IMG/VR virus record: IMGVR_UViG_3300021541_000005
Origin: a virus
Strand: one strand, 5' to 3'
DNA: 64,000 nucleotides
Part shown: one piece after another, positions 20,501 through 27,539 of the stretch
Position numbering within the stretch: position 1 is the stretch's first letter
Layout: every line of letters begins with the position of its first letter
The notes under the pieces: generated by a model
The model's input: only the letters and a program-made list of their open reading frames with translations
What the model was told of the DNA's origin: nothing
Databases searched by the model: none
Translations under genes and position numbers: made by a program

Positions 20501-21585
20501 CATCCACAAGTGCAAAGGGTATTGTAAAATTAGTGAATGACTTGACTACTGGTGGAACTGACAAAGCATTAACCGCAGAACAAGGAAAAGTATTAAATGT
20601 TGCTTTAGGTGGAAAAATTGATACTGCCGGTACAAGTATGGAAAAAGATGGTACTACATTGGGTGTTAAAAGTAGTGGAATTACCGCAACACAATTAGCA
20701 TCAAATGCAGTAACTACTGATAAAATTAATGTTAAAGCAGTTACTACTGCAAAAATAGATGATGGGGCAGTAACTGCAACACAATTAGAATCTACAGTAC
20801 AAAAAAAATCCTTTGTCAGTTTGATTACTTTAGGTACTTCTGAGGGTACAGATAATATTGATAACTTATATGCAGCATCCGACCAAGGAAGATATTATTG
20901 TAAAGCAGGAAATATTGGTAATTTAGGAGGAACACTTCCGCCAGGTTGGACAACGGCATCAAATAAACACATGTTATTGCTTGTATATAATAATAATAGT
21001 AGTAAAACCATCCAAGAAGCATTTCAGATTAGTGCCAGCACTAATACAACTCTAAAACGATTTTGGAGAATGTATACTGATTATCCAACTTCAGTTAAAT
21101 GGAGTGATTGGCAAGAAGTTTACACCGATAAAACCATTCCTTCTGCTTCAACAAGTACAGCAGGTATAACAAAATTAGTAAATGATTTAACTACTGGTGG
21201 AACAGATAAAGCATTAACCGCAGAACAAGGAAAATCTTTAAATAATAAGGTTATCGCAATTACCGATTACGATACATCATCTGTTACTACAATTAGGGAT
21301 TCTTTTGTAACAAGTGGATGGAGTGGAACTGTAAGATATTATGTTAAAAATGGTTGGTGTATTGTAACTTATGAGGGGTTACAGAAAACTTCAACAACAA
21401 GTTCATATGATGCTCTTATAAACAATATTGGGGTAAATAATGCTATGGGAAGTGATGTATTTGCAAATACTGATTTGAGTGTTTATATGCCGGTTATGGT
21501 GAAAGTTAATCAAAATGGTGTATTACTGGCGAGATGTGTAAAAGCGAATACTGCATTATATGGAAGTCTTATTTTCCCAATCTAA
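17596..21585 (+). CDS. Tail fibre or adhesin (receptor-binding protein)
   Basis: 1329 aa; VTT-KIKD 10-aa repeats, two ASTS--GI-KLVNDLTTGGTDKALTAEQGK fibre repeats, two knob-like domains ending WS-W. Confidence 0.85.
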   Translation: MTKLTNAEKDKLDNTCGNLRVTKLGTHVKSLEDFVNEGALATRANDVTSAINELYGMIANNECADIQIPPPGFFTLFGNDEDGKLYVYYNDEDHPPVFRHVEEPGELEGTLYLYIADPEGENHFEMEIGHYIAVKHLDNYYTKAEIDAGYAIKNHASTANTYGLGSTSKYGHVKTINGLTQASHADGLALSAYQGKVLKTAVDEKVVTVEKQSSAEQGYAATYVVKQNGSQVGVKINIPKDFLVKSTSVKTCTTANQPVNGYEVGDIYIDWVVNSKDNTATDEHLYLRAKDIGSYPPDEVTLTIENNQFKIKNGGVGSTQLAKDSVITDKIKDSNVTTAKIKDGNVTTVKIKDDNVTTPKIKDSNITTDKIADGAVTNDKVTSITKNKISDFSHAHGNLQNDGKVGTSNNENKNVVTDGNGKITTEAKPTVPTANSTASNIKMDGTQSAGSLSTFAKADHVHPTDTSRASTDVATQSANGLMSSSDKTKLDGIATGENKTTIDSALSTTSTNPVQNKVIKAKIDTLATKEEVDDIIAGDIDLTGYVKDTDSRLADDRIPKVIEIDGTVNEPYDLDLVYGTGFYIGNRGGNKTSLHTPDDTYGSRYVLLVQAFGLNTYIKQVFTFLNNGKTYTRFKTTGNWSSWTEISYNGHTHHDTDIDWEGVALANQVSPLDMAMFEELSANRLAFLSGDNIIFEYSTDGGSTWTEGYNDADGKTKKLKLVTTSERFSGGNGATKSVNNQARITLKAGEANVASKIYMYTRKLMIYFSTAGSRGCKCKVETSTYGTPSAWTTIGTYNIDGYSGWNSIPLALTLGGFASQTNGTRIQNIRLTFSCTTIGNYNFEIQKIRLFGETCWTSPSTMATNGHMYTFDENGDVTFPAKIIKSGGTSAQFLKANGDIDSTTYVSGAGTGLTKDGVNLKHSNSVTADTTGNFKKLTYDSQGHITGTVNVQASDLPTHSHGASDLPTSSTSAKGIVKLVNDLTTGGTDKALTAEQGKVLNVALGGKIDTAGTSMEKDGTTLGVKSSGITATQLASNAVTTDKINVKAVTTAKIDDGAVTATQLESTVQKKSFVSLITLGTSEGTDNIDNLYAASDQGRYYCKAGNIGNLGGTLPPGWTTASNKHMLLLVYNNNSSKTIQEAFQISASTNTTLKRFWRMYTDYPTSVKWSDWQEVYTDKTIPSASTSTAGITKLVNDLTTGGTDKALTAEQGKSLNNKVIAITDYDTSSVTTIRDSFVTSGWSGTVRYYVKNGWCIVTYEGLQKTSTTSSYDALINNIGVNNAMGSDVFANTDLSVYMPVMVKVNQNGVLLARCVKANTALYGSLIFPI
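18583..18732 (+). repeat. Five tandem 30-nt repeats encoding KIKDxNVTTx
   Basis: aaaatcaaagattctaatgtcactactgca and four variants. Confidence 0.85.
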
Positions 21586-21624
21586 TTAAATAGTATAAAA
21601 AAATTCTAAAGAGGGTGATAAAAA

Positions 21625-22185
21625 ATGCCGTGTGCTATAATAGGAAATATAAAAGGTGTCAAAGGAGACACTGGAGAAAAAGGAGAAAAAGGAGATAAAG
21701 GAGACAGAGGCGAACAAGGAATACAAGGACCAGCAGGCCAAAATGGAATTGACGGTACTACAGACACACCAACACAAGTACTCAGCAAATTAAAGAATGT
21801 TGATGGATCCAATAGTGGCTTAGATGCAGACTTACTGGATGGTCATGATTCATCTTATTTTGCGAAAGCAGATGACTTACCTAGCTTGATTGCTATAGAA
21901 GAACCATATATATTTAGTGCATTCAAAATTGCTAAATCTGGAAATACTGTTGTGTTAGTTGTTGAACCATGGGCTGTTAATAGCCCGGTGGTAAATAAAT
22001 ATGTTAGTACAAATGTGCACGTACCTCCTGGTTATGAACCATCTTTCCCTGTTTATATTGCTAATGTTTTGCCTAATGATGTTCGAATGCAGATTACTCG
22101 AAGTGGGGATATCCAATTTTGGAGATCTGAGGGTGCTGGAACAGAATTTTGTGGTACGGGTTCATGGTTAGTTCCTGGGGAGTAA
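21625..22185 (+). CDS. Short collagen-like tail fibre protein
   Basis: G-X-Y run GVKGDTGEKGEKGDKGDRGEQGIQGPAGQNGIDG, the SGLDADLLDG fibre motif and a beta-rich tip. Confidence 0.78.
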   Translation: MPCAIIGNIKGVKGDTGEKGEKGDKGDRGEQGIQGPAGQNGIDGTTDTPTQVLSKLKNVDGSNSGLDADLLDGHDSSYFAKADDLPSLIAIEEPYIFSAFKIAKSGNTVVLVVEPWAVNSPVVNKYVSTNVHVPPGYEPSFPVYIANVLPNDVRMQITRSGDIQFWRSEGAGTEFCGTGSWLVPGE

Positions 22186-22191
22186 AGAAAA

Positions 22192-22299
22192 ATGAAGAAA
22201 TCTGATCCTCATAAAGGTTGTTGTTATAGGCGAACTTGTAATAAAGACTTGAAAAAATGTTGCTATTTATATAAAAAGGTGAAAAAATGGGAATTTTAG
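22192..22299 (+). CDS. Small basic Cys-rich ORF (35 aa), not in the ORF track
   Basis: MKKSDPHKGCCYRRTCNKDLKKCCYLYKKVKKWEF fills the gap and overlaps the endolysin start; weak RBS. Confidence 0.35.
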   Translation: MKKSDPHKGCCYRRTCNKDLKKCCYLYKKVKKWEF

Positions 22300-23417
22300 A
22301 TTGGATAAAGAACATTTTAGGGAATAATAAAAAGAATGCTAGATTAATCACGAAAGATTTAATCAAAACGTATGGTGAAAAAGACCAGTTAGAAGTGGGC
22401 CTATATGAAGGAAACTCACCTTTACCTGGTAAAATGATTACTTTTAATGTGAATGGTATGGATTATTATCGTAAGACTGATGATGATGGTATTGCTAGGT
22501 TAAATATTAATTTGCCTCCTGGTGAATATACTCCTTTAATTAGTTTTAAGGATGATGATTATAATCTTGATACTGAATTTACAACCGTGATTGTACGTTC
22601 TAAAACACGTATGGAAGGCACTGATATTAATATGACTTATCGTGATGGTACAATGTATCAATGTGCTGTGTATGATGATTTTGGCCGTGTTCTTGGAGAT
22701 GTTGATTTAACAATCAATGGGGTTACTTATCATAGAACCGCTGATAATGAGGGTTTGTATAAGTTAAATATTAATTTGAATCCTGGAAATTATACTATTA
22801 CTGCTAAATATCTTGGAGATATGTTTCATTTGCCTTCAGAGATTAAAAATACTATCCATATTAATGAAGCCCCTAAAGTGGAGCCTAAGGTAGAGTCTAA
22901 AGTAGAGCAAAATTATACTCTTAATCCATATATTACTCAACAGGGATCAGGTAAGCTTGGTCAAGTATGTGGATATTCCTGCGGTCCGCATAGTTTGATG
23001 CAATGTATCTATAGGCTGACTGGTATTGAATTGTCTGAATCTACATTAATGAGTGTGTGTGGGACTACATCAGGAGGCACAGATCATCAGGGTTTGGCGA
23101 CAGGTTTAGCATGGTTTAACCGGCAATACGGGTACAACCTGAAAATGACTTGGAAAAACAAAAGTGAGTTGTCATGGGAAGAAATACAGCAAGCCATAAA
23201 TAATGGAGCATTATTCTTCCATTTGTTATATCGCAATCAATGGGGTCATTATGAGGTTGCACAAAACAGTAAAAGTCCTATGTCCATTTTGAACAGCCTT
23301 GGAAGTAGATGTGGCAATGGGTATTGTGGATATATTGAAAGTAGATCAAGAGCTACTCAACAATCCTACATAAATGGTATAAGTCAGAAAAGTGTTTGTA
23401 TAATTAGTAGAGGGTGA
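22287..23417 (+). CDS. Putative endolysin: two Ig-like adhesin domains plus a C39-like cysteine peptidase (PeiR-like pseudomurein endoisopeptidase candidate)
   Basis: Two ..RTxDxxG.A/Y.LNINL.PG.YT repeats; Q-x5-CGPHS nucleophile, WGHYEV His and ILNSL motifs; follows the tail genes. Confidence 0.8.
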   Translation: MGILDWIKNILGNNKKNARLITKDLIKTYGEKDQLEVGLYEGNSPLPGKMITFNVNGMDYYRKTDDDGIARLNINLPPGEYTPLISFKDDDYNLDTEFTTVIVRSKTRMEGTDINMTYRDGTMYQCAVYDDFGRVLGDVDLTINGVTYHRTADNEGLYKLNINLNPGNYTITAKYLGDMFHLPSEIKNTIHINEAPKVEPKVESKVEQNYTLNPYITQQGSGKLGQVCGYSCGPHSLMQCIYRLTGIELSESTLMSVCGTTSGGTDHQGLATGLAWFNRQYGYNLKMTWKNKSELSWEEIQQAINNGALFFHLLYRNQWGHYEVAQNSKSPMSILNSLGSRCGNGYCGYIESRSRATQQSYINGISQKSVCIISRG

Positions 23418-23611
23418 TTGAAATGGATGATATTGAAAGAACTAAATTAGAAGTGCAGTTACGTAATCAACAAAGAGTTTTAAATAAGAGGTATGCTGAA
23501 GAGGGTTTAACTGATGAGGTTTTGGATGAACAGATTAAATTAAATGAACTTCGGCATGAACATAATATTCCTGATGAGTCTAAGAAGGTTTATGGGGATT
23601 TTGTACAATAA
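23414..23611 (+). CDS. Small hypothetical protein coupled to the endolysin gene
   Basis: GTGA overlap with the endolysin stop; charged helical 62-65 aa ORF. Confidence 0.6.
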   Translation: MIEMDDIERTKLEVQLRNQQRVLNKRYAEEGLTDEVLDEQIKLNELRHEHNIPDESKKVYGDFVQ

Positions 23612-23825
23612 GTATCTTGTATTGTTTTAGGGCTCCGATGATGCAAAATGATTTTTGTTCATTTCATGTATGGTCTTATTAGTAGCAGAGAATGTGAATC
23701 ATGGGACCTTAAATCTACGTTAAAAATTTCGGATAATATATTTTGTGGGATGAATATTTTTTTGATTGTGGAGGAGTAGTTTTTTGGGTAAATAACCATT
23801 TTTTCCTCCTTTATTTTTTGGTTTT

Positions 23826-23868
23826 GGGCTAGGAACATTTATTATGATGTTCTTGGCCTATTTTTTTT
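23826..23868 (+). terminator. Stem-loop plus oligo-T terminator ending the late operon
   Basis: 13-bp stem GGGCTAGGAACAT/ATGTTCTTGGCCT (three G-U pairs) followed by ATTTTTTTT. Confidence 0.7.
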
Positions 23869-24064
23869 GTAATTTTAATAAATTTTATATATGTGATAAA
23901 TGTTATAATATTTTATATTAGGAATTTCATATTTTTTATATGGAGAGTATAGGAAGTATTGGTTATTTTAGTGTATAACTAAATGTTAGCCCCAAAAATA
24001 ACCAGTAAATATTACTCTTCAACTGCTCTCTCGCACAAAAGCAAAGTATATAAGAGTGATATAA

Positions 24065-25270
24065 ATGAAAAATATGAGACCTACAAATGAAATCCTAAAT
24101 GAAATATTCAGAGAACGTAACTCATCAATTAACACACAAAAATCATATGCAAGAAGTGTCAATCAATTCGAGTTATACTTCCAACAACATTTAGGAGAAA
24201 TATTAATCATTGCAGAAACAGAAGAAGATCAAGGAATACCCTGGAGAAAATCGACACTAAGACAATATCTAATAGAATTCAGAAGCTACCTATATGATAA
24301 ATACAAATCCAAGACAGCTAAATTATATCTTACATTAATAATATCTATTTTTAGGCATTTTGAATTTGTTATACCAAAATTACCACGTTTTAGTGAGGAC
24401 ATTGAAGTCATACCAATATTACCTGAAGACATTCCAGACAGGGAGATGCTTCAGAAATGTCTTGAAATAGCACCTAAGATTGTTGAAACATTCGCATTAT
24501 TCACTTCCAGTTCAGGAATGAGCAGGAGAGATGCATTGAATTTGAAAGTGAAAGATTATTTGGAAGCTACTAAAGAATATCATCATAGCAATAATGTTCA
24601 GGAAGCTATTAAAGAAATGAATTGGTCTAATGTTGATATTGTTCCTTGTTTTAGGGATTTAACACGTCAAAAAACGGGTTTACCATATTATACATTTTGC
24701 AGTCCAGAAGCTGCTAAAAGTTTGAACAATTATTTACTTAGTAGAAGAGTTTTAATCTATGCTGGTGATGGTGAGGTAATTGGATCAAGAGATGTCACGC
24801 CTGAAGATGATCTCTTTGATGTGTCATATCAATGGATAGGTGATTTGTTTGATGAAGTAAATCAAAAGTTGGGGCTCGGTAAAGCTGGTAGATATAACAG
24901 GTTTACTATTCATATGATGCGTCGTTATCATGCTACTCAGTTGCATGCTGCGGGAATGAGTGAAGATAAGATAAATCTATTGCAAGGTAGAACTCCGAAA
25001 AGTGTGATTCATGAGTCATATATTCGTGTAAAAGCAGAGGATTTGAAAGAAGAGTATATTCAAGCATTGCCATATATAGTGGTTACTGAGATTGATAAGG
25101 TGCGTACAAAGTTAGATGTTGTTACTGAAAAGAAAGAAGTGTTGGAAAATGAGAATATTGTTTTGAAAAATGAGTTATCTGATATTAAGTCTAGGCAGGA
25201 TAATCTTGAGAAATTAATCCTGGAAAATATTAGTGAGGAGCGTTTGGGTAAACTTAACAAACTAATATAA
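24065..25270 (+). CDS. int: Tyrosine recombinase (integrase)
   Basis: N-terminal SAM-like domain; SSGMSRRDALNL box I, RQKT lysine, HMMRRYHAT (HxxR), LQGR and ESY catalytic Tyr; C-terminal coiled coil. Confidence 0.9.
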   Translation: MKNMRPTNEILNEIFRERNSSINTQKSYARSVNQFELYFQQHLGEILIIAETEEDQGIPWRKSTLRQYLIEFRSYLYDKYKSKTAKLYLTLIISIFRHFEFVIPKLPRFSEDIEVIPILPEDIPDREMLQKCLEIAPKIVETFALFTSSSGMSRRDALNLKVKDYLEATKEYHHSNNVQEAIKEMNWSNVDIVPCFRDLTRQKTGLPYYTFCSPEAAKSLNNYLLSRRVLIYAGDGEVIGSRDVTPEDDLFDVSYQWIGDLFDEVNQKLGLGKAGRYNRFTIHMMRRYHATQLHAAGMSEDKINLLQGRTPKSVIHESYIRVKAEDLKEEYIQALPYIVVTEIDKVRTKLDVVTEKKEVLENENIVLKNELSDIKSRQDNLEKLILENISEERLGKLNKLI

Positions 25271-25349
25271 TATTATGTTTTTGTTGAACACTAATTTTCA
25301 AAACACATTGTGTTTCATTTTTTAGTGTTGAACAATAAACTATTATATT
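25264..25349. repeat. Nested imperfect palindrome just downstream of int
   Basis: AATATAATA..GTTTTTGTTGAACACTAA..AAACACA-T-TGTGTTT..TTAGTGTTGAACAATAAAC-TATTATATT. Confidence 0.8.
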
Positions 25350-25457
25350 GGTTATTTTATTAAACAAATGCTTGTTTAATCTTCTATTTAGTGAATAGAA
25401 ATATTTATAAACATTATCGAATAAAATAAATACTATACAAAAAAGGAGTATCATACC

Positions 25458-25946
25458 ATGGATAAGGATAAAAAAATAATATTACTACTCATCGCATTAC
25501 TAGTATGTGTATGTGTTATTGCTACAGTAAGTGCTTCAAAAGCTCCTGAAAGAATCTATGTAAATGAAAGTTATAATTTCACATACTATTCCTTTGATTC
25601 AGCACAAGGTAAAGCAAACTATTTTTCAGGTATAGATGCCTATGATGATGCATTTTATTTCCCTTATGAAGCGGAAAGTAAAATGATGGAGTTTAGTCCA
25701 ATGTTTAATCAAATGTTTATCGCTGGGAATCAGTATGAGTCCGGTGATGATGTAGATATAAATAATATACTTGGACAAAAAATAGGTGGATTGTCTAAAG
25801 ATAAAGGGACATTTGCTTTTAATGTGCCTGTAGATAAGAACTTCAGTTTCACTTGGACTGGAGGTCATCAGGTTGGTTTAAATGATGATGCAAAAGAGAT
25901 TAATGCAGTATATGATGCAGACGGTAAATTAATTTGGAAAAAATAA
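25458..25946 (+). CDS. Secreted or membrane-anchored protein in the lysogeny region
   Basis: Basic N-terminus, hydrophobic stretch and VSA cleavage-like motif; own TTTATAAA box at about 25404 and GGAG RBS. Confidence 0.75.
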   Translation: MDKDKKIILLLIALLVCVCVIATVSASKAPERIYVNESYNFTYYSFDSAQGKANYFSGIDAYDDAFYFPYEAESKMMEFSPMFNQMFIAGNQYESGDDVDINNILGQKIGGLSKDKGTFAFNVPVDKNFSFTWTGGHQVGLNDDAKEINAVYDADGKLIWKK

Positions 25947-26206
25947 GTAAATAATGTTTTTATTGTAATCGATATGTGGGGTCGTAGAAGTGGCAGCTTC
26001 TCACCCACATGAGGTTACATAAAAAATAGATCACCAGAGATGATGAGTATTTTTGTAACCTATTTTAATATTAGGAATAAAAACTATTTAAAACTAACTA
26101 TTGGTTATTTAAATAGTCCTCAGGGAGAGGTCGTACCATACCATACATTAGCGATAGCTATATTTAAAAATGGTGTTTCTACTTTTAAAAAAACAATAAA
26201 AAAAGA

Positions 26207-26368
26207 TTATTCTAATTTTTTGACAGTTATTGTTTCTGTTTTTGTATCAATAATCCATTCGAGGGTTTCACCTTTTTTCAAATCTAACATGTCTCTTGCA
26301 AATGCAGGTACTGTTGTTGTTAAAGAGCCCGCTACTGATTGTATTTTTGTTTTATATTTCAATTCCAT
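26207..26368 (-). CDS. AbrB/SpoVT/MazE-type DNA-binding protein (53 aa), putative repressor; missed by the ORF track
   Basis: MELKYKTKIQSVAGSLTTTVPAFARDMLDLKKGETLEWIIDTKTETITVKKLE matches the AbrB pattern (GSL-xx-VP--xR--L-L--G--LEW); AGGAGG RBS. Confidence 0.85.
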   Translation of the reverse strand: MELKYKTKIQSVAGSLTTTVPAFARDMLDLKKGETLEWIIDTKTETITVKKLE

Positions 26369-26444
26369 ACCTCCTAAGTATGTTTTTCTTTATATTAATA
26401 CATTAATATATCTTTTAACTAATATATATAATTATCTTTATAAT

Positions 26445-26472
26445 TTAGTATATAGAAATCTTTATATACTAA
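26445..26472. promoter_or_regulatory. Early-operon BRE/TATA (AGAAATC-TTTATATA) overlapped by a 10-bp perfect inverted repeat (operator candidate)
   Basis: TTAGTATATA-N8-TATATACTAA in the divergent intergenic region. Confidence 0.65.
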
Positions 26473-26558
26473 TAACTTAATAATTAATAATCAAGAGAAT
26501 TTACTTCAGAGTGGCAGCTCTGAAAATAAATTCTTAAAAAATCCAGAGATGATGAAAG

Positions 26559-26687
26559 ATGACAAAGTTTGATGAATATTTAAACAAAATAAAAGTTAAC
26601 CGTTCTGAGTTAACCCAAGAAGCTGTAGACACGCTCTACCTTGGATACGTCAAACTCCACGAACTCAAAGGAGTTGACCCAGAATGA
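26559..26687 (+). CDS. Small hypothetical protein (42 aa), first early gene
   Basis: MTKFDEYLNKIKVNRSELTQEAVDTLYLGYVKLHELKGVDPE; ATGA overlap with the next gene. Confidence 0.55.
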   Translation: MTKFDEYLNKIKVNRSELTQEAVDTLYLGYVKLHELKGVDPE

Positions 26688-27121
26688 ACAATAGCCTTTA
26701 TACAACAATCTCTCCAGAAATGGAATGCAGCCCAATATTATCTCCTGAAGAGGAGATAATGGATTATGCCTTAACCTTCATGGATGATGTAGATTCACGG
26801 GAAATATTCGATGACGAACCTATCCATAACGTAAGAAATTACGTTGCAAGTGTATTCCTTAAAGGATTAAACACACAAGTCAACAGTATAGAACTCCATG
26901 GCGAATGGGGGCTTGAAATACCTAAAAAAGACACTGAATTCATTAGTGAAATACTAAATTTAACAGGTATACAATATACTGTCAAAGATGCAAGGTTTCT
27001 TAATATCTGGGGTCATTGGACACATAAAAGCTTTGATTTAATAGTCATTGATGACAATAATTTCAGAGTACTAGCACGTAAACTACGTAATGAAATTGTA
27101 ATTGTGGGAGATGATCACTAA
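26684..27121 (+). CDS. Hypothetical protein
   Basis: Coupled ORF in the early operon. Confidence 0.7.
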   Translation: MNNSLYTTISPEMECSPILSPEEEIMDYALTFMDDVDSREIFDDEPIHNVRNYVASVFLKGLNTQVNSIELHGEWGLEIPKKDTEFISEILNLTGIQYTVKDARFLNIWGHWTHKSFDLIVIDDNNFRVLARKLRNEIVIVGDDH

Positions 27122-27393
27122 TGAACATCTTCCATAAAAAAATAAATCAGGCTAAATATCCATTAACTCCTGCTGAGCCTACTCATCGTGCTTGGACAAT
27201 ATATGATGAGTTAAAAGACTTATGGATTGGTAATAACGCAGCAATAGGATTATTAATAATCTCAATCTGCATTATCATACTATTATTCATGATGGGTTAT
27301 GCCTTTGCTAATGGACACTTACATGTCTTATCCACAGAATCCAATGTATATGAACACTTAGACCAGATTGTTTTATTCTATGGTGGTGTCTAA
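27121..27393 (+). CDS. Hypothetical membrane protein
   Basis: One long hydrophobic segment (AAIGLLIISICIIILLFMMGYAFA). Confidence 0.7.
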   Translation: MNIFHKKINQAKYPLTPAEPTHRAWTIYDELKDLWIGNNAAIGLLIISICIIILLFMMGYAFANGHLHVLSTESNVYEHLDQIVLFYGGV

Positions 27394-27397
27394 ATTG

Positions 27398-27532
27398 ATG
27401 AGTTATCGTGACAGGTACGTTGAATATCATTCTTTAGAATGGGATATATTCCACAGTCCATGTGGTGAATGTGAACACCTGGGCAACTGTAAACATTACA
27501 CTAGTGAAGGATGCCCAAATCAAGAGGAGTGA
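27398..27532 (+). CDS. Small Cys/His-rich protein (44 aa)
   Basis: MSYRDRYVEYHSLEWDIFHSPCGECEHLGNCKHYTSEGCPNQEE, CxxC-x5-C-x7-C; fills the gap before ERF. Confidence 0.6.
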   Translation: MSYRDRYVEYHSLEWDIFHSPCGECEHLGNCKHYTSEGCPNQEE

Positions 27533-27539
27533 TGATTTT

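Larger units (their letters stand above)
1..21585 (+). repeat. First copy of 21,585-bp direct repeat (genome wrap-around, period 42,415 bp)
   Basis: Sequence at 1 (atcgtaatgatgttattc) recurs at 42416; every ORF in 148-21585 recurs at +42415 with identical translation. Confidence 0.98.

Noticed and set aside
20521-21236. Duplicated segment in the tail fibre as a DGR template/variable repeat pair
   Set aside because: Differences are mostly synonymous and not adenine-specific, both copies are in frame in one gene, and no reverse transcriptase is encoded
26038-26046. GATGATGA as a C box of a C/D guide RNA (also near 26548)
   Set aside because: No properly placed downstream CTGA D box or terminal stem; an RBS/start-like role is simpler
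26040-26480. 146-aa plus-strand ORF
   Set aside because: It lies antisense to the AbrB-like gene and runs through the AT-rich promoter region; composition is not protein-like
27462-27539. N-terminal extension of the ERF ORF from GTG 27462
   Set aside because: The RBS points to ATG 27540, and the region is better explained by the Cys-rich ORF 27398-27532
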